A stretch of DNA of 64,000 nucleotides. Source: an uncultured Methanosarcinales archaeon. Its GTDB lineage: Archaea > Nanobdellota > Nanobdellia > Woesearchaeales > UBA12501. Shown here piece by piece: positions 58,516 to 64,000 of this stretch. Each line of letters begins with the position of its first letter. Within the stretch, counting starts at the first letter, position 1. The stretch lies in NCBI GenBank assembly GCA_964459835.1, contig CAYWPA010000001.1:1601-65600 (forward strand), written 5' to 3'. A model generated the notes under the pieces. That model saw only the letters and a list, made by a program, of their open reading frames with translations, did no database searches and was not told the DNA's origin. The position numbers were made by a program, and so were the translations under genes.

Positions 58516-60270
58516 ATGGTAAGAATAGCTGTTATTGAGGAAGAGAGATGCCACCCTACAGAATGCGGCAACTACCTTTGCATTAGAGTGTGCCCTGTCA
58601 ACAAGATAGGGGACGAGTGCATTTACAAGGGAGAAAAAAAGAAAGCGGCTATCAATACTGAGCTCTGCACTGGCTGTGGAATCTGCCCAAAAAGGTGCCC
58701 TTTTGATGCGATACATATAATCAACCTTCCTGAAGAGCTTGACAAGAATCCTATCCATAGGTATGGGGAAAACGGATTTCACCTTTACAATCTTCCTATC
58801 CCTATTTTCGGGAAAGTGGTGGGATTGTTGGGAAGAAACGGAATCGGAAAATCAACAGCAGTAAAAATTCTTGCAGGCTTGCTGAAGCCAAACCTAGGCG
58901 GAGAAAAAGATGCGACACATGAGGAATTGATTGAATACTTTAAGGGAAGCGAAGCGCATCAGTTTATGGAGAAAGTCAGGGATGGAAAAATAAAAGTTTC
59001 ATACAAGCCGCAGCAGGTTGAATTAATCCCTAGAACAGCTTCAGGAACTGTAAAGGAATTGCTTAAGAAGGCAGATGAAAAGGGAGAATGGAAAAATGTT
59101 GCTGAAGAGTTGGATCTAAATGAAGTTTTGGATCATGATGTAAAGAATATTTCGGGTGGAGAGCTGCAAAGGCTTGCAATAGCAGCTGCTGTTTTGAAAA
59201 AGGCAAATGTTTATTTTTTTGATGAGCCTGCCTCTTATCTTGATATCAAGCAAAGAATTAATGTTTCAAAATTCATAAGCAATCTGGCAAATGAGGATAC
59301 TGCAGTTATAGTTGTAGAGCATGACCTTATTATTCTTGATTATATGACTGAATTGATACATGTAATGTACGGAGAAACAGGGGCTTATGGGGTAGTGAGC
59401 CAGACCAAAGCAACAAAAACAGGAATTAATGCCTATCTAGAGGGATTTCTGAAGGAAGAGAATATCAGGTTCAGAGAAAGCAGGATAAAGTTCGCTACAA
59501 GGCCGCCTATGGAAGCCAAGGGCAAGCATATTTTAACATCCTGGAATGGTATAAAGAAGCAGCTCGGAAGCTTCAGGCTCGAGGCATGGCATGGGGATGT
59601 AAAAAGAAATGAAGTTATAGGTATTTTAGGGGAGAATGGAATTGGAAAGACAAGCTTTGTAAAAATGCTTGCAGGAGTTATTGAAGCTGATTCGGGAGAA
59701 ACAGGAGCAAAGCTGAAAGTTTCATATAAACCGCAGTATATTGATATTTCCGGAGATGACTTAGTCATGTCTATTTTGCAGAATGCAATAAAAAAATACG
59801 AAGCCCAGATCATAAAGCCACTGGGTCTGAAAGAATTGCTTATGAGAAAAGTTGGGGACCTTTCAGGCGGAGAGCTGCAAAGGGTTGCCATTGCTTACGC
59901 TCTTTCACAGGAAGCTGACATTTATTTGCTGGATGAGCCTTCTGCTTATCTTGATACAGAGCAAAGGCTGAATGTTGCCAAAGTTATCAGGGATTTGATG
60001 GAGCTGAAAGGAGCAACATGTATGGTTGTTGACCATGACTTGCTATTTATTGATTATTTGTCTGATGAGATAGTTGTTTTTGGAGGAAAGCCTGCTGTTC
60101 ACGGAGTTGTCAACGGCCCGTTTATCATGGAAGAGGGAATGAATATGTTTCTTAGAGACATTAGCATAAGCATGCGAAGGGATGCAGAAAGCAACAGGCC
60201 AAGGATAAACAAGCTTGGCTCACAGATGGACAGGAAGCAGAAGTCCGAGGGGAAACTGTACTATGCCTGA
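58516..60270 (+). CDS. abcE1: ABCE1 (RNase L inhibitor / ribosome recycling ATPase)
   Basis: N-terminal 4Fe-4S domain (CIRVCPVN...CTGCGICPKRCP) plus two ABC cassettes (GRNGIGKST, GENGIGKTS, LSGGELQR x2). Confidence 0.95.
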   Translation: MVRIAVIEEERCHPTECGNYLCIRVCPVNKIGDECIYKGEKKKAAINTELCTGCGICPKRCPFDAIHIINLPEELDKNPIHRYGENGFHLYNLPIPIFGKVVGLLGRNGIGKSTAVKILAGLLKPNLGGEKDATHEELIEYFKGSEAHQFMEKVRDGKIKVSYKPQQVELIPRTASGTVKELLKKADEKGEWKNVAEELDLNEVLDHDVKNISGGELQRLAIAAAVLKKANVYFFDEPASYLDIKQRINVSKFISNLANEDTAVIVVEHDLIILDYMTELIHVMYGETGAYGVVSQTKATKTGINAYLEGFLKEENIRFRESRIKFATRPPMEAKGKHILTSWNGIKKQLGSFRLEAWHGDVKRNEVIGILGENGIGKTSFVKMLAGVIEADSGETGAKLKVSYKPQYIDISGDDLVMSILQNAIKKYEAQIIKPLGLKELLMRKVGDLSGGELQRVAIAYALSQEADIYLLDEPSAYLDTEQRLNVAKVIRDLMELKGATCMVVDHDLLFIDYLSDEIVVFGGKPAVHGVVNGPFIMEEGMNMFLRDISISMRRDAESNRPRINKLGSQMDRKQKSEGKLYYA

Positions 60271-60760
60271 AAGCAATCACCTGATGGACATCGTCGATGA
60301 TGACGACCGCGTGATCGGCCAGGCAGTGCAGGATGACATCTATGCGCAGCGGCTCTCTCACCGCATCGTGCACGTGCTCGTGTTCAACAAGAAAGGCGAA
60401 ATGTTGCTCCAATTGCGCAGCCGGCACAAGTCATTCTGCCCGCACCGCTGGAGCACAGCCGTAGGCGGGCACGTGATGGCAGGCGAGAGCTATGAGGATG
60501 CCGCGGCGCGGGAGTGTGCCGAGGAACTGGGCGCACGCCTGCCGATGAAACTCTCGTTCAAGGACATCTACACTGACCCGCACGGCTTCAAGAAGTTCCT
60601 CGTGACGTACACGACGACGCACGACGGCCCGTTCATGCCAAATCCTGACGAAGTTGAGCGTGTCGAATGCTTCAGCATCGAGAAGCTCAGGAAAATGGTG
60701 CAGCGCGGTGAGAAATTTCATCCCGAGCTGCTATTCCTGCTCAAGCAGCACTACGTCTAA
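60263..60760 (+). CDS. Nudix hydrolase (GC-rich, compositionally foreign)
   Basis: Nudix box GGHVMAGESYEDAAARECAEELG; region is about 60% GC against about 35% in the flanks; ATGCCTGA overlap with the abcE1 stop (start could instead be the next Met at 60284). Confidence 0.7.
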   Translation: MPESNHLMDIVDDDDRVIGQAVQDDIYAQRLSHRIVHVLVFNKKGEMLLQLRSRHKSFCPHRWSTAVGGHVMAGESYEDAAARECAEELGARLPMKLSFKDIYTDPHGFKKFLVTYTTTHDGPFMPNPDEVERVECFSIEKLRKMVQRGEKFHPELLFLLKQHYV

Positions 60761-61329
60761 GCCCTTCCGCTGCTCTCTCCTTTCTTAATGCCTGCGCCTA
60801 TAAGGTGGGCTACCCTTATCGGCTCTGGAATATAAGAGCTGGTTGCTGTTATGCTTATGATTTCTTTTGCCCTTTCCAAAGAAATGCCTGTCAGCTGGAC
60901 ATAAATCCTGTCCAATTTTACAACTTTACCTGCTTTTTCTATAAGCTTTATTTTATTTTTCATATTAAGATTTTCGAGCGCAGAGAATATTTTTTTGTAA
61001 TTAGGGTAATTTCTTATGACAATAATTATTGGAAGGCTGGTTTCTTTATTCAGTTTTTTCAAATCAATAACATTAAACCCTCCGAGTGCAATACCATTAA
61101 GCAAAATGCATTTCAATGTTGACTTGAACTTGCATTTATTTACCATATTGATTAGTTTTCTTGTTGAATCTGTTCCATCTTTTTTTATTGTTGTAGAGAG
61201 AATTCCATCAATTGATCTTCCGCCCCTGAAATAAGTTGCTATGACAAGAACTTCCCTATCATCCTTTTCAAAACTTGCATCATCTATTCCAAGAACCCTT
61301 ATTTCCTGCTTTAGATTTTTTGTTTTCAT
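60757..61329 (-). CDS. DUF99 (UPF0215) family protein
   Basis: Archaeal DUF99-like GIDDASF N-terminus. Confidence 0.55.
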   Translation of the reverse strand: MKTKNLKQEIRVLGIDDASFEKDDREVLVIATYFRGGRSIDGILSTTIKKDGTDSTRKLINMVNKCKFKSTLKCILLNGIALGGFNVIDLKKLNKETSLPIIIVIRNYPNYKKIFSALENLNMKNKIKLIEKAGKVVKLDRIYVQLTGISLERAKEIISITATSSYIPEPIRVAHLIGAGIKKGESSGRA

Positions 61330-61346
61330 TTTTTGCTTTAGCCATT

Positions 61347-62084
61347 TTACACATTATTTACCTTTCTTAAGAATGTTAAAAACCCAGTATGGCCAAGCAT
61401 CCTGTACTCAGGCCTTGCCCTTAAGCCTTCAACGTCCCACTTTCTCTCTATTGTTTCTTCTGTCATTATTACATAAAATCCGTTTTCATTTGCATCATTG
61501 CAGACGTTCAGCGATTGTGTAATATGGGGCGAATAGGTTACAAGAAACCCTCCTATTTTCAAAGCCCTGTTCATGGATTTCAGAGCCTTCCAAGGCTCTG
61601 TTACATCTAAGGTGGCAACATCAAAATTCTTTTCTTTAACTCCTGAATAAATATCCCCTTTCTTTGACTTTACATTGCTTAAGCCAAACAACCTGATGTT
61701 ATTTTTTGTTGTTTTGATGCTTCTATCATCATTGTCATATGTTACAACGCTTTTTGCAACATTTCCAAGAAAACATGCCAAGGCTCCTGAGCCTGAACCA
61801 GCGTCAATTACTTTTGTGTTTTTTCCTATGCCTGCATACGCTATTATCAGGCCTATGTCCTTAGGATTGATTGTCTGCGCATGCCTGCTTATTTTGTAGT
61901 ATAAGTCAATAAAGGCCGGCTCAATAACAAGAAGCTCCTTTCCTTTATTTGTTTTTATCCTGTTCCCTGGCTTTTTCTTCAGGTCTTTTTTTGAAATATA
62001 GCCGTACTCTGTATGGAAATCCCTGTCAGTATCTTCAATATAGAACTTTCTGCCTTCTTTTGTAAAAAGAATTTTCTTGAACAT
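61347..62084 (-). CDS. trmI: tRNA (adenine-N1)-methyltransferase TrmI
   Basis: VIDAGSGSGALACFL SAM motif and GCD14-type architecture. Confidence 0.75.
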   Translation of the reverse strand: MFKKILFTKEGRKFYIEDTDRDFHTEYGYISKKDLKKKPGNRIKTNKGKELLVIEPAFIDLYYKISRHAQTINPKDIGLIIAYAGIGKNTKVIDAGSGSGALACFLGNVAKSVVTYDNDDRSIKTTKNNIRLFGLSNVKSKKGDIYSGVKEKNFDVATLDVTEPWKALKSMNRALKIGGFLVTYSPHITQSLNVCNDANENGFYVIMTEETIERKWDVEGLRARPEYRMLGHTGFLTFLRKVNNV

Positions 62085-62132
62085 AAAAGGATGAGTAGGA
62101 ACAAAATATAAAAATATTGCTATTTAAGCTTA

Positions 62133-64000
62133 TTATTTCTTCTTTTCAAAGTTCTTTATTGCCCTGTTTACTACCTTCTTGCTCCAGCCTTTAAGCTTTG
62201 CTGCCATATGTATCTGGTCTTTTGAGTATCCATGATGGAAAGCCCTATCTACATAACCCTGAAGCATATTAACATGCCTGTGGAGCCTCTTTTCCCTTAC
62301 TTCATGTAATACAAGCATAGCTACTATGACTGCTATGATCACGGCGTACAACAAAGGCCATGATATGCTTGGCTTTTGCAATGGCTGAGGTATTTCTATG
62401 ACAGGCTCTGGCTTTTTCTCTTCTTTTTCTTCAGCTACTTCTACTATTGGCTCTGGCTCTTTTTCTAGATATGGCTTAGGAGGCACGTACAGCTTTATCT
62501 GCTGTATCTGGATTGTTGTCTTAACGCCAAGAATCTTTGAGACGCCTACTAAAATGTCATTATTGCCATCTCCATCCAAATCTATTCCTTTTCTTGCATT
62601 TACACTAATGCTTAGCTGTTGATTTCCTATTGAAAAGTCTGCTGCTCCTGAGTCTGCTCTTTTGAATTTTATTGAATAAGTTTGCCCATTGAAGCTAAAG
62701 CTTGCTGTGTTGAAAGGAGATATAGTTGCTTCCTGAGGTGATGTTGTAAGCGTTAAAGGAGTGTTCTGGATAATATTTCTTCCTCCTCCGCCCCCTCCTG
62801 CTCCTGTAGAAATGCCTGCTCCTGAATATGAGTTACTGACTGTGAAGTTCTCTGTTGAATTTGTTGTCCCATTAATTTTTGAGCCTTCAACAAACGGAAT
62901 TACTTTTATGAAAGTATTATTCCCATTCCCCATCAATAATGGGTTAAGGTTTCCGCTTGTATCTGTTGTTTGAAGCAGCCTTACTGACTCGCCTAAGCTA
63001 TTGAAAGCAATAATATCATAATTTACTGTAAATAAAGGAGATGATGACTGCCTTGTCCAGTTGAAGAAGAAGGGTGTTGTGCCTACAGTTTGCCCTGACA
63101 GGTTTGTTGTTATATTAACCTGCCCGCAGTCGTTTGCATTTACCCCTAAGCTTTCCTCGTAGAAGTTTCCTTCGCCGTTTACGCAGAACAAAGTTCCTGT
63201 TCCGCTGTCTGAAACATTCCTGCTAAGGAACATATTTCCTGAGATTCTTGTGTCTAGGACAGCAGCATCATATACTGTAATGCTAAAATTTGTTGCTTGG
63301 ACATTCCTGAAGGTGTTGTTTGTTATGTTAATATCTCTGCTTGCCCCCAAAGCACCCAAAAGGAATATAGGAGTTACTGTTGTTTCATTGAAGTAGTTGT
63401 TTGCTATTGTTATATTCTTTCCACCTGAAAGAACAAGTAATTCTGCGTCTATACCTGCACCTAAGATATTCGTGTTATAAGCGTTAAGGAATGTGTTGTT
63501 TGTTATAGTTACATTTGCAACATTTACTATCCCTAGTCCAAATGAATTATTTTTTAAATAATTATTTGTTATAGTTGAATTGTCTCCTGTTCTTATGCCT
63601 TCCCCCCTGTTGTTTATAAGTGTGTTATTTTCTATTAAAGCTCCAAAACCACCTGAAGCGTCAATAACTATATTATCCATATTCTCAAAAAAGCTGTCTT
63701 TTACTGTATTATAACTACTGCCTATATCCACTCCATCGCTGGAATTTGTCTTGTTCAGCCTTACTAAAGTGTTATTTCCTGAGTTAAAATCTATGCCAGC
63801 AGTTGTATTTGTCACATTTACATCAAAGAAGGAATTATTTACTGAGTTTGTTTCCACTAATAAGTATCCGTCATCTCTTAAAGTCAGATATCTGTAAAAG
63901 CCATTTGAAGCAGTATCAAGATTTAATCTTAAGCTGCTTGTTATATAAATATGAGTTACATTTACAAAGCCTGATGTTTGTTGGATGAATAATCCTCTTG
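62133..64000 (-). CDS. cell-surface parallel beta-helix repeat protein with C-terminal TM anchor (5'-truncated by the window edge)
   Basis: The reading frame is open to the window end upstream of the GTG at 63857; NxT/NxS-rich beta-helix repeats (ITNNTF, ITIANNYF, INITNNTF); poly-Gly, EK-rich linker, C-terminal TM and basic tail. Confidence 0.6.
   Translation of the reverse strand, partial: RGLFIQQTSGFVNVTHIYITSSLRLNLDTASNGFYRYLTLRDDGYLLVETNSVNNSFFDVNVTNTTAGIDFNSGNNTLVRLNKTNSSDGVDIGSSYNTVKDSFFENMDNIVIDASGGFGALIENNTLINNRGEGIRTGDNSTITNNYLKNNSFGLGIVNVANVTITNNTFLNAYNTNILGAGIDAELLVLSGGKNITIANNYFNETTVTPIFLLGALGASRDINITNNTFRNVQATNFSITVYDAAVLDTRISGNMFLSRNVSDSGTGTLFCVNGEGNFYEESLGVNANDCGQVNITTNLSGQTVGTTPFFFNWTRQSSSPLFTVNYDIIAFNSLGESVRLLQTTDTSGNLNPLLMGNGNNTFIKVIPFVEGSKINGTTNSTENFTVSNSYSGAGISTGAGGGGGGRNIIQNTPLTLTTSPQEATISPFNTASFSFNGQTYSIKFKRADSGAADFSIGNQQLSISVNARKGIDLDGDGNNDILVGVSKILGVKTTIQIQQIKLYVPPKPYLEKEPEPIVEVAEEKEEKKPEPVIEIPQPLQKPSISWPLLYAVIIAVIVAMLVLHEVREKRLHRHVNMLQGYVDRAFHHGYSKDQIHMAAKLKGWSKKVVNRAIKNFEKKK

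Noticed and set aside
60431-60721. ORFs 60431..60721 (-) and 60161..60427 (-)
   Set aside because: These are antisense ORFs in the GC-rich Nudix region and the abcE1 3' end, and are typical high-GC open-frame artefacts. The sense ORFs carry the Nudix and ABC motifs.
1-64000. CRISPR arrays, transposases and integrases
   Set aside because: I looked for direct-repeat/spacer periodicity and for IS/integrase motifs. None was present. The only repeats are the two roughly 100-bp TIR elements and the 22-bp palindrome.

Overview
This is an AT-rich window (roughly 35% GC) that I read as a small-genome archaeal contig, probably DPANN-like. The basis is ABCE1, TrmI, DUF99, a THUMP Trm14-like methyltransferase, archaeal-type ValRS, an RNase P RNA and Shine-Dalgarno-like GGAGGTGA motifs; Lgt and DsbA homologs sit in the same context, so a bacterial origin is not supported.

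Housekeeping genes include gyrA, valS, cysS, sucC/sucD, an sdhA/sdhB/CCG-subunit operon with a DoxX membrane protein, one tRNA-Thr(CGU) and an RNase P RNA.

The central 26-47.5 kb is densely packed with extracytoplasmic redox and copper functions, and all calls are motif-based:
- four membrane-anchored DsbA-like thioredoxin-fold paralogs, a membrane thioredoxin, a glutaredoxin and a ferredoxin;
- CopA, CopZ, CorA and ZupT;
- an HMA-permease-cupredoxin fusion and its split counterpart (CxxC-permease / cupredoxin lipoprotein / CxxC-permease);
- three lipobox-bearing cupredoxin-fold proteins and a bacterial-type Lgt;
- a divergent pair of membrane-tethered winged-helix regulators with extracytoplasmic Cys pairs.

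Next to this island lies a tripartite fatty-acyl-AMP ligase / carrier domain / PlsC acyltransferase fusion with its own AcpS. That is an ester-lipid acylation module in an archaeal context.

Other notable items:
- a eukaryotic-like protein kinase with an N-terminal array of about eight 25-aa repeats;
- a GHMP-kinase / HO-like diiron / MBL operon, possibly for pABA-ribosylation-type cofactor chemistry;
- two copies of a roughly 100-bp TIR-bounded element, each placed about 60 bp upstream of a start codon, one next to an ABC-transporter gene remnant;
- a 22-bp perfect palindrome present twice;
- a roughly 0.5-kb GC-rich (about 60%) Nudix gene, clearly of foreign composition;
- several unannotated small Zn-ribbon or basic ORFs.

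No CRISPR array, transposase or integrase was found.
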